Positions 18,453 to 28,582 of a stretch of DNA of 64,000 nt are shown piece by piece (position 1 is the stretch's first letter; each line of letters begins with the position of its first letter). Source of the stretch: an uncultured Lachnospiraceae bacterium (GTDB lineage Bacteria > Bacillota > Clostridia > Lachnospirales > Lachnospiraceae); NCBI GenBank assembly GCA_905235415.1, contig CAJOKX010000001.1, forward strand, positions 208 to 64,207, read 5' to 3'. The translations under genes and the position numbers were made by a program. The notes under the pieces were generated by a model. That model did no database searches and was not told where the DNA came from. It saw only the letters and a program-made list of their open reading frames with translations.

Positions 18453-18758
18453 ATGGCGTCACAAAACAGTCGTCCGGTTTCCGAAGCGAACCGGAGAGGC
18501 ATGAGGCTGATTATCGTTGTTGTTCTGGTGATGGTGGCTGCGCTTGCGTTCCGCTGCAAGGGTCTTATGCAGAAGAACGATGCTTATGCACAGCAGATCG
18601 AGCAGCTGGAGCAGAGGATCACGGAAGAAAACGGAAGGACAGAGAACATAGAGGAATTCCGCGAGTACACGAAGACAGATCCCTATATTGAAAAGGTTGC
18701 CAGGGAGAAACTGGGACTGGTCTATCCGGATGAGATTATCTTCCAGCCGGCCGGGTGA
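18453..18758 (+). CDS. divIC: Septum formation initiator (DivIC/FtsB family)
   Basis: The protein has a single TM helix, then a coiled coil, then the C-terminal YIEKVAREKLGLVYPDE motif. Confidence 0.8.
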   Translation: MASQNSRPVSEANRRGMRLIIVVVLVMVAALAFRCKGLMQKNDAYAQQIEQLEQRITEENGRTENIEEFREYTKTDPYIEKVAREKLGLVYPDEIIFQPAG

Positions 18759-18783
18759 CGCAGGAAGAAAAGGGAATTATCAG

Positions 18784-18818
18784 ACGCTCTGTGGAGTATT
18801 TCCACAGAGCGTTTTTTT
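18784..18818 (+). terminator. Rho-independent terminator after divIC
   Basis: The 12-bp perfect stem ACGCTCTGTGGA / TCCACAGAGCGT is followed by a run of 7 T. Confidence 0.9.
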
Positions 18819-18821
18819 CTC

Positions 18822-18907
18822 CCGGGACATTGCGTCGAATGTCTCAGGAGAAAAAAAGCTCCGCGGGAATTGCGTCGAATGTTTCAGGAGAGAAAAAGCT
18901 CCGCGGG
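18822..18907. repeat. 40-bp tandem repeat (2 copies)
   Basis: TGCGTCGAATGT occurs at 18831 and 18871. The unit is roughly CGGGAATTGCGTCGAATGTYTCAGGAGARAAAAAGCTCCG. Confidence 0.85.
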
Positions 18908-19021
18908 GATGCGGCTGATGCGCAGAAGAATCTGCCTGCTGGGGTAAGCGCGCATCAGCGCGCAATGAGCCGCTTTGCGGCTCTTTGATCAGCACACAAG
19001 CATGCAGGGGAGGAAGGCCCT

Positions 19022-20605
19022 ATGGATGATTTATTAAAACAGATCTCCGGAACGATGGCGCAGTATGAGATGGCGGCTGTCGGGGAGAAGATTCTGGCGG
19101 CCGTATCCGGCGGAGCGGATTCTGTGTGCATGATGCTGGCGCTCAAAGAGCTGGGATACAGTGTGCATGCGGTTCATGTGGAGCATGGGATCCGCGGACA
19201 GGAGAGCCTGGAGGACCTGGCGTTTACGCAGTCTGTCTGCCGCCGGGAGCAGATCGGCCTGACGGTGCGGCAGATCGACGCGCCGTTGCTTGCAAAAAAA
19301 ACGGGAAGGTCGCTGGAAGAGGCGGCCCGGGACGAGCGCGCCCGGATCCTTCTGGAGACTGCCGAAAGTCTCCACATCTGGGTGATTGCGACCGCGCACC
19401 ATATGAATGACCAGGCGGAGACGGTTCTCTGGAACCTGGTCCGCGGCAGCAGCGTGGCCGGGCTGTGCGGGATCCTTCCGGTGCGTGAAGTGGAGGCGGG
19501 CGCATCCGGAAGGAGGCAGGCGGAAGCACCCGAAAGAGATCCGGCGGGCGCATCCGGAAGGGATCCGGCGGGCGCACCCGAAAGGGATCCGGCGGAATCA
19601 TCTGAAAGGGAGCAGGCGGAAGCATCCGAAAGGGAACAGGCGGAGGGAGCGCGGAAGATCCGTCTGATCCGTCCGCTGATTCACTGCAGCCGGCAGCAGA
19701 TCGAGGACTGGCTTGAGGCAAGGGGGCAGGCATACCGGGTGGACAGGACCAACCTGGATCCGTCCATCACGCGCAATGCGCTCCGGCTGCAGATTCTTCC
19801 GCAGCTCGAGTGTCTCAACAGCCAGGCGCAGCGCCACATTGCCCAGGCGGCTTCAGACTTTGAACAGGCGGAGCGGTGCCTGGACAAGATGACGGAGCGG
19901 GTTTATGCGAAGGCGGCCTGCAGGACTCCGGAAGGAGACGTGAGGATCCTTCTGGAGGCGCTGGAGGGCGAAGAGGACCTGATCCGGCAGAGGGTTTTTC
20001 ACAGGGCGCTCGGAGAGGCGCTGGGAGGCCTTCGGGATGTGACCCGCCAGCATGTCGACGCCCTGGTGGACCTTTCAAGGATGGACAACGGACGGCGGAT
20101 TACCCTTCCGGGCGGAAAAATGGCCGTGCGGGAGGAGGGCGCTGTCGTGTTCAGAAAGAGTCCCGGACCCGATGCGGAGGATGTTCATTTTGCAGAGGAG
20201 ATCCGGATCGATCACGACGGCGTCTATGAGACGCCCTTTGGCATACGCCTGACGGTCCGCTTCGGGGTCTTTGAAGGCGGCAATATCGAGAAAAAGAAGT
20301 ACACGAAGCTTCTGGCGTATGATACAATGACTCCGTATCTCACTCTGCGTACCAGGCGGGCGGGAGACTGGCTTGCCGTCAACGCTTCCGGAGGAAGGAA
20401 GAAGCTCAAAGAGTACCTGATCGAGGAGAAGGTCCCGCGGGATCAGAGAGATCAGATCCCCCTGATTGCCCAGGGGAGCCATGTGCTGTGGGTGGTCGGA
20501 GGAAGGATCAGCGAGGGGGCCAGGGTCAGGGAAGGCCTGCACTATGCAGAGATAACTGTACAAAACTTGACAGAGAGCCGCGATGCGGCCGACAGGGGTG
20601 AATGA
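19022..20605 (+). CDS. tilS: tRNA(Ile)-lysidine synthase with an internal low-complexity insertion
   Basis: The PP-loop SGGADS is present, with HHMNDQAET and a C-terminal TilS domain. The gene lies immediately upstream of hpt-ftsH, as in other Firmicutes. Confidence 0.85.
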   Translation: MDDLLKQISGTMAQYEMAAVGEKILAAVSGGADSVCMMLALKELGYSVHAVHVEHGIRGQESLEDLAFTQSVCRREQIGLTVRQIDAPLLAKKTGRSLEEAARDERARILLETAESLHIWVIATAHHMNDQAETVLWNLVRGSSVAGLCGILPVREVEAGASGRRQAEAPERDPAGASGRDPAGAPERDPAESSEREQAEASEREQAEGARKIRLIRPLIHCSRQQIEDWLEARGQAYRVDRTNLDPSITRNALRLQILPQLECLNSQAQRHIAQAASDFEQAERCLDKMTERVYAKAACRTPEGDVRILLEALEGEEDLIRQRVFHRALGEALGGLRDVTRQHVDALVDLSRMDNGRRITLPGGKMAVREEGAVVFRKSPGPDAEDVHFAEEIRIDHDGVYETPFGIRLTVRFGVFEGGNIEKKKYTKLLAYDTMTPYLTLRTRRAGDWLAVNASGGRKKLKEYLIEEKVPRDQRDQIPLIAQGSHVLWVVGGRISEGARVREGLHYAEITVQNLTESRDAADRGE

Positions 20606-20608
20606 CGG

Positions 20609-21139
20609 ATGAAAGAGACAACGAGAGTACTGATTCCGGAAGACAGGATCGAAGAGAGAATCAAGGAACTGGGCCGGCAGATCAGCCAGGATTATGCGGG
20701 AAAGCAGATCCACCTGATCGGGATCCTGAAGGGAAGTATCTTTTTTATGTGTGAGCTGGCCAAGCATATCACGATCCCGGTCACCATGGATTTCATGTCT
20801 GTTTCCAGCTATGGCTCGGGGACGAGGACCACGGGCGTGGTCAAGCTGATTAAGGATCTGGATGAGCCGATTGAAGGCAAGCATGTGCTGGTTGTGGAAG
20901 ACATCATTGACTCCGGCTATACGCTGAGCTATCTTCTGAAGAACCTGTCCAGCCGCCACCCGGCTTCCATCCGTCTGTGCACGCTGCTGGACAAGCCGGA
21001 GCGCAGAGAAGTGGATGTGGACGTGGATTACCAGGGATTCCGCATTCCGGATGAATTTGTGATCGGCTACGGGCTGGATTACGACCAGAGGTACCGCAAT
21101 CTGCCATATGTAGGAGTACTCTCACTGACAGAGGAGTAA
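20609..21139 (+). CDS. hpt: Hypoxanthine phosphoribosyltransferase
   Basis: The PRPP-binding motif [13 protein letters not shown] is present. The protein is 176 aa. Confidence 0.9.
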   Translation: MKETTRVLIPEDRIEERIKELGRQISQDYAGKQIHLIGILKGSIFFMCELAKHITIPVTMDFMSVSSYGSGTRTTGVVKLIKDLDEPIEGKHVLVVEDIIDSGYTLSYLLKNLSSRHPASIRLCTLLDKPERREVDVDVDYQGFRIPDEFVIGYGLDYDQRYRNLPYVGVLSLTEE

Positions 21140-21146
21140 TCAGGAT

Positions 21147-22958
<1,812 letters not shown>

Positions 22959-23055
22959 GTTGAATCTCAGAGGGCAGCCCGGCTGCAGTGTGCCGGAGGC
23001 TGCCTCTCTTTCATTTATACAGAAATAATATTCAGACAAAGGAAAGTAAACAATC

Positions 23056-25200
23056 ATGCAGAAAGAGGAACATCTTCGCTGCTCAAGCCAGGCGGCGCGC
23101 AACAACCGGTATGTCATGGGAATGGTCCCGACGCTGAACCGGGCTGCGCTGTTTGCCGATGAGAGTGAAGAGTATGTATCTCCGCCGGAGCCATCGCCGG
23201 GCGATACGGTCACCTTCCGCGTCCGTACGGCCAGGGACAATGTGGATGAGGTGTGGATCGTCAGCGAGCACAGGCGCCAGAGGCTGGACTATGAGAAGAG
23301 CGAAGGCGCGTTTGATTACTATACGACGCAGGTGACCATCGGCAGGGACAGCGCTTCCTACACCTTCCATATCTTCAGCGGAGGGATCCGCTCCGTGCTG
23401 GGCAAGGGCGGACTTGCCGATGAAGGGGAAGAACCGGTTCCGTTCAGGCTGTGTCCCGGATTCTCCACGCCGGACTGGGCCAAAGGGGCCGTCATGTACC
23501 AGATCTACACAGACCGCTTCTTCAGGGGCGATCCGTCCACGGACGTGCTCGATGGGGAATATTCCTACATGGGCCTCCCTGTGCATCATGTGGAAGACTG
23601 GTATCAGAGACCGGAGTGTATGGATGTCGCCAATTTCTACGGCGGCGACCTGGAGGGCGTGCGCCGGAAGCTGGATTATCTCAAGGATCTGGGGATTGAG
23701 GCGATCTATTTCAATCCGCTGTTCGTATCTCCCTCCAATCATAAGTACGATACCCAGGATTATGACCATATTGATCCGCACTTCGGCGCGCTTGTCAGGG
23801 ATGAAGGAAATCTGCTGGAAGGCGGCGGCCGGGACAATACCCATGCGCAGCGCTACCTGTGCAGAGTGACAGACAGGGAGAACCTGGAAGCGTCCGACCG
23901 GCTCTTCTGCACACTGGTTGAGGAGGCGCACGCGCGCGGGATCCGCGTCATCCTGGACGGCGTGTTCAACCACTGCGGTTCCTTTAATAAATGGATGGAC
24001 CGGGACGGGATCTACAGCGGCCGGGAAGCGTATGAGGACGGGGCCTACCGGTCCGCATCGTCTCCATACAGGTCGTATTTTCGGTTTGAAAATGAGGATG
24101 GATGGCCGGACAACGGCTCGTACGAGGGCTGGTGGGGATATGACACCCTGCCCAAGCTCAATTATGAAGGATCCGAGGCGCTGTGCTCCTATATTCTGTC
24201 GGTTGCGCGCAAATGGGTCTCGCCTCCGTATAACGCGGACGGCTGGAGGCTGGACGTTGCCGCGGACCTCGGACACAGCGAGGCGTTCAATCACCGTTTC
24301 TGGAAGGCGTTCCGCCACGAGGTCAAGGCGGCCAATCCCAACGCGGTGATCATCGCCGAACATTACGGCGACGCATCCGCATGGCTGGCGGGAGACCAGT
24401 GGGATACGGTCATGAACTATGACGCGTTCATGGAGCCGATGACGTGGTTTTTTACGGGAATGGAGAAGCACTCCGATGCGTTTATCCCGGAGCTGATCGG
24501 AGATTCCGGGAGCTTTTTCAGGTCCATGAAGCATGCGATGGGCGCCTTCATGGGACCCTCGCTTTTGTGCGCGATGAACCAGCTGTCCAATCATGATCAC
24601 TCCAGGTTTCTGACCCGGACGAATCATCTGGTCGGGCGGGTCGGGGACTTTGCCGGCGACGCGGCTTCCGAAGGGGTCGATCCTGCCGTGATGCGCGAGG
24701 CGGTCCTTTTCCAGATGACCTGGCCCGGAGCGCCGACCCTGTACTACGGGGACGAGGCAGGCGTGACCGGCTTTACGGACCCGGACTGCCGCAGGACGTA
24801 TCCGTGGGGACGGGAGGATACGCAGCTGCTCTCCTTCCACAAAGATGCGATCGCGATGCACAAGGAGCACGCAGTGCTCAGGAAGGGGTCGGTCTGCTTT
24901 CTGGACGGTGGGCAGGATTATATCTCCTACGCCCGGTTTAACAGGAAAGAGCAGATCGTATGCGCCTTCAACAATTCCGGCTCTTCTATGGACGTCTCGG
25001 TTCCGGTCTGGATCGCGGGGGTTCCAAAGGAGTCTGAGATGACCCGGATCTTTGTATCGGATGAGACTTCCTGGAGCATTGAACCGGAAACCTTCCCGGT
25101 TCAGGGCGGGATGGTCCGGCTGCACCTTGCGCCGAAGAGCGCTGTGGTCCTGTCAGCCGTAAAGAAAGTGAGATTTGCACAGAAACCCAGATGGTGGTAA
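23056..25200 (+). CDS. GH13 alpha-amylase-family glycosidase (neopullulanase/cyclomaltodextrinase-like)
   Basis: The four GH13 conserved regions are present: DGVFNH, GWRLDVAADL, IIAEHYG, SNHDHSRF. Confidence 0.8.
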   Translation: MQKEEHLRCSSQAARNNRYVMGMVPTLNRAALFADESEEYVSPPEPSPGDTVTFRVRTARDNVDEVWIVSEHRRQRLDYEKSEGAFDYYTTQVTIGRDSASYTFHIFSGGIRSVLGKGGLADEGEEPVPFRLCPGFSTPDWAKGAVMYQIYTDRFFRGDPSTDVLDGEYSYMGLPVHHVEDWYQRPECMDVANFYGGDLEGVRRKLDYLKDLGIEAIYFNPLFVSPSNHKYDTQDYDHIDPHFGALVRDEGNLLEGGGRDNTHAQRYLCRVTDRENLEASDRLFCTLVEEAHARGIRVILDGVFNHCGSFNKWMDRDGIYSGREAYEDGAYRSASSPYRSYFRFENEDGWPDNGSYEGWWGYDTLPKLNYEGSEALCSYILSVARKWVSPPYNADGWRLDVAADLGHSEAFNHRFWKAFRHEVKAANPNAVIIAEHYGDASAWLAGDQWDTVMNYDAFMEPMTWFFTGMEKHSDAFIPELIGDSGSFFRSMKHAMGAFMGPSLLCAMNQLSNHDHSRFLTRTNHLVGRVGDFAGDAASEGVDPAVMREAVLFQMTWPGAPTLYYGDEAGVTGFTDPDCRRTYPWGREDTQLLSFHKDAIAMHKEHAVLRKGSVCFLDGGQDYISYARFNRKEQIVCAFNNSGSSMDVSVPVWIAGVPKESEMTRIFVSDETSWSIEPETFPVQGGMVRLHLAPKSAVVLSAVKKVRFAQKPRWW

Positions 25201-25322
25201 TGTGAGACACGTAGCTTTTCACTCGCTCGGGGAGTCCCCCGCCTGCGTGAAAAACTACGGCGGATCGCAGATATGCTCTAAGGAAGAATAGAGAAGATCG
25301 GTTCAAAGGGGAGGATCGGAAT

Positions 25323-26375
25323 ATGAATATCGTAGTCCTTGCAGGCGGCATCAGCACGGAGAGGGAGATCTCCATCGTTTCGGGCACACAGGTGTGCAAG
25401 GCGCTCCGGCAGAAGGGGCACAGGGCCATCCTGCTGGATGTGTTCTGCGGAGACGAGCGGATTGACAAGACCGGGGAAGAGGCATTTCCCGAAAGCTATG
25501 ACGTGGACGAGGCTGCAGCGTGGGCACGGTCGTTTGACGAGCGTCTTGCGGAACTGAAGAAGCGGAAGGCTTTCTTCGGGCCGAACGTACTGGAACTGTG
25601 CCGGAGCGCGGACGCGGTCTTTATGGCGCTCCACGGCTCCAACGGAGAGGACGGCAAGATCCAGGCGGCGTTCGACCTGCTTGCCATCCCCTATACGGGA
25701 AGCGATTATCTGGGCAGCGCGATTGCCATGGATAAGGATATTACCAAGCAGCTGTTTAGGGAGAACGGCGTTCCGACGCCGGTGGGGATCGTGCTTCACA
25801 AAGGCGATGAGATCGCTGCGCCGTCCGAAAACGGAGTGGGGCTTCCGTGCGTTGTGAAGCCTGACTGCGGCGGCTCCAGCGTCGGCGTGAGTATTGCGTA
25901 TGACGAGGAGGATTATTATAAAGCGGTAGAGCTTGGGTTCTCCTATGAAAATACGCTGATTGTGGAGCAGTATATCAAGGGACGTGAATTCTCCTGCGGC
26001 GTTGTGGACGGAGAGGCGTATCCGGTGATCGAGATCGCGCCGAAAGAGGGATTCTACGATTACACGAACAAGTATAAGGCAGGCGCCACGGTTGAGACCT
26101 GTCCTGCAGATCTTCCGCAGGCGCTGACGGAGAAGATCCAGCAGGCCTGTGTCCGCGCGTACCATGCGCTCAGGCTCAACAGCTACTGCAGAGTTGACCT
26201 GATGATGGATGCGGATCAGAACATTTACTGCCTGGAGGCCAATACGCTTCCCGGCATGACGCCCACCAGCCTGCTTCCGCAGGAAGCGGCAGCGCTGGGG
26301 ATTGATTTCCCGACGCTGTGCGAGCATCTGATCGAGGTATCGCTCAGAGATCACGACCAGAACCGTATCCGGTAA
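25323..26375 (+). CDS. ddl: D-alanine--D-alanine ligase
   Basis: MNIVVLAGGISTEREISI.SG...HG..GEDG and an ATP-grasp C-terminus (EANTLPGMT). Confidence 0.9.
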   Translation: MNIVVLAGGISTEREISIVSGTQVCKALRQKGHRAILLDVFCGDERIDKTGEEAFPESYDVDEAAAWARSFDERLAELKKRKAFFGPNVLELCRSADAVFMALHGSNGEDGKIQAAFDLLAIPYTGSDYLGSAIAMDKDITKQLFRENGVPTPVGIVLHKGDEIAAPSENGVGLPCVVKPDCGGSSVGVSIAYDEEDYYKAVELGFSYENTLIVEQYIKGREFSCGVVDGEAYPVIEIAPKEGFYDYTNKYKAGATVETCPADLPQALTEKIQQACVRAYHALRLNSYCRVDLMMDADQNIYCLEANTLPGMTPTSLLPQEAAALGIDFPTLCEHLIEVSLRDHDQNRIR

Positions 26376-26399
26376 CGGAACAGACAGGAGTCCGGACAA

Positions 26400-27920
26400 A
26401 TGAAGGGATTGACAGTACAAAGAATCAGTGAAGTGACGGGCGGGCAGCTGCACCTGAGTGTGAGGTCTGACGACGGCAGGATCAGGGAGGTTTCCCCGGA
26501 GGAGGGAAGAAGCCTTCTTGAGACGGAAGTATCCTCCATCACGACCGACAGCCGGAAGGCGGGCGAAGGCGCGCTGTTCGGCGCAATCGTCGGGGAGCGT
26601 GCGGACGGACATACCTATATATCCGCAGTGTTCAGACAGGGCGCTGTGTGCGTGCTCAGTGAGAGAGCACTGGATGGGAAGGATCTGTTCGGGGAGACGG
26701 CCGAAGAAGAGGCGGCTTTAGGGGTGCGCGCCTGGATCCTGGTGGAGGATACGCAGAGCGCACTGCAGTGCATTGCGGCGGAGTATCTCAGGATCCTGGA
26801 GATCCCGGTGGTCGGGATCACCGGTTCTGTGGGCAAGACGTCGACCAAGGAGATGATTGCGTCGGTCCTCTCGGTGAAGTTTTGCACGCTCAAAACAGAG
26901 GGGAACTTCAACAATGACCTGGGGCTTCCGCTGACGGTTTTCCGCCTCACGGGGGAGGAAGAGATCGCGGTCCTGGAGATGGGCGTGAGCCATTTCGGAG
27001 ACATGACCCGCCTGGCGAAGATCGCGAAGCCGGACGTCATGGTCATCACAAATATCGGAACCTGCCACCTGGAGTATCTCGAAGACAGGGACGGCGTCTT
27101 CCGGGCCAAGACAGAGGTGTTTCCGTATGTCAAACCGGACGGCCGCGTGATCCTGAACGGCAATGACGACAAGCTCAGGGCGGTGCGCGGCGTGCACGGG
27201 ATCCGTCCCGCGTTCTACGGCGTGGACAGCACCATTTCCGGCGTGCAGGATCTGAATCCCTGGAAGAGCGTGGAATATCCGGGAGCTCTGGACGAAGATC
27301 AGTGCGTGGTCGTTACTGACATCACGATGCTCGGTTTTGAAGGACTTCATTGCACCCTGCATACGCCGCAGGGAGAGATCAGGGTCCATGTTCCGGTTCC
27401 GGGCATCCACAATGCGTTTAACGCGGCGGCGGCCGCTTCCGTGGGACTTGCGTTCGGCATGAGCCTGGAGGAGATCCGCACGGGCATCGAATCCGCACAG
27501 ACGATCTCGGGCCGCTTCCGGATCCTGAAGACGGATGCCATGACGGTGATTGACGACTGCTACAACGCCAACCCGGTGTCCATGAAGTCTTCCATCGCGG
27601 TGCTCTCCCAGGGAAGCGGGAGACGGGTGGCGCTTCTGGGAGACATGGGCGAGCTCGGAGAGGATGAGATCGCACTGCATGCGGATGTGGGCAGATATGC
27701 CGCTTCCAGGGTGGACCGCCTGATCGCGGTCGGACCGCTCTCAAAGCATCTGTATGAGGCCGCCCTGTCAGAGAATCCGGGCCTTTCCGCCGTCTGGTAT
27801 GAGAGCGCGGAGCAGTTCCTTGAAAACCGGGACAGGGAGCTTGAGGATGGAGACAGTGTGCTGGTCAAGGCCAGTCACTATATGCAGTTTACCCGGATCG
27901 TAGAGGCGCTGACGGTATGA
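26400..27920 (+). CDS. murF: UDP-N-acetylmuramoyl-tripeptide--D-alanyl-D-alanine ligase
   Basis: This is a Mur ligase with GITGSVGKTSTKEM and DDCYNANP. Confidence 0.85.
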   Translation: MKGLTVQRISEVTGGQLHLSVRSDDGRIREVSPEEGRSLLETEVSSITTDSRKAGEGALFGAIVGERADGHTYISAVFRQGAVCVLSERALDGKDLFGETAEEEAALGVRAWILVEDTQSALQCIAAEYLRILEIPVVGITGSVGKTSTKEMIASVLSVKFCTLKTEGNFNNDLGLPLTVFRLTGEEEIAVLEMGVSHFGDMTRLAKIAKPDVMVITNIGTCHLEYLEDRDGVFRAKTEVFPYVKPDGRVILNGNDDKLRAVRGVHGIRPAFYGVDSTISGVQDLNPWKSVEYPGALDEDQCVVVTDITMLGFEGLHCTLHTPQGEIRVHVPVPGIHNAFNAAAAASVGLAFGMSLEEIRTGIESAQTISGRFRILKTDAMTVIDDCYNANPVSMKSSIAVLSQGSGRRVALLGDMGELGEDEIALHADVGRYAASRVDRLIAVGPLSKHLYEAALSENPGLSAVWYESAEQFLENRDRELEDGDSVLVKASHYMQFTRIVEALTV

Positions 27921-28006
27921 TCTTCGGGCATATTTTCGGAAGGAAAGAGACCGGGAAGGATATTCAGAAGGAGTGTGCCGGCACTGTGCCGGATGAGACC
28001 GGGAAG

Positions 28007-28582
28007 ATGTATATTATCGCGGGGCTGGGGAATCCCGGCCGCAAATACGAAAAGACACGGCATAACTGCGGGTTTGAGGCGCTGGATATTCTGGCGGACC
28101 GCTTCGGGATCGACGTTACATCGGAGCGCTTCCGCGCGCGGGTCGGCACCGGGGTGATCGGGGGACAGAAGGTCCTTCTGATGAAGCCGCAGACGTTTAT
28201 GAACCTGAGCGGCGATTCCGTGCAGGAGGCGTGTGCGTGGTACAAGGCGGATCCGGCGACGGACCTGATCGTTCTGTATGACGATATCAGTCTGGATCCC
28301 GGGCAGATCCGCGTGCGGACCAAAGGATCCGCGGGCGGACACAACGGGATGAAGAGCATTATCCAGAGGCTCGGGACCGATCAGTTCCTGCGCGTTCGGA
28401 TCGGCACAGGACACCAGCCTTCCGACTATGCGCAGGTCGACTGGGTGCTGGGACATTTTCCGAAAGATGAACAGGCAGTGATGGCGGACGCTTTTGACAG
28501 GGCAGCCAGGGCAGCGGCAGAGCTCCTGACAGAGGATGCGGAGAAGGTGATGTCGGTCTACAACGCACGTCCGGGGACTTAA
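28007..28582 (+). CDS. pth: Peptidyl-tRNA hydrolase
   Basis: MYIIAGLGNPG.KYE.TRHN.GF and GHNGMKSI are present. Confidence 0.9.
   Translation: MYIIAGLGNPGRKYEKTRHNCGFEALDILADRFGIDVTSERFRARVGTGVIGGQKVLLMKPQTFMNLSGDSVQEACAWYKADPATDLIVLYDDISLDPGQIRVRTKGSAGGHNGMKSIIQRLGTDQFLRVRIGTGHQPSDYAQVDWVLGHFPKDEQAVMADAFDRAARAAAELLTEDAEKVMSVYNARPGT

Noticed and set aside
18755-18988. 77-aa ORF in the divIC-tilS spacer.
   Set aside because: It starts inside the divIC 3' end, reads straight through a strong terminator and the 40-bp tandem repeat, and has no RBS. It is most likely spurious.
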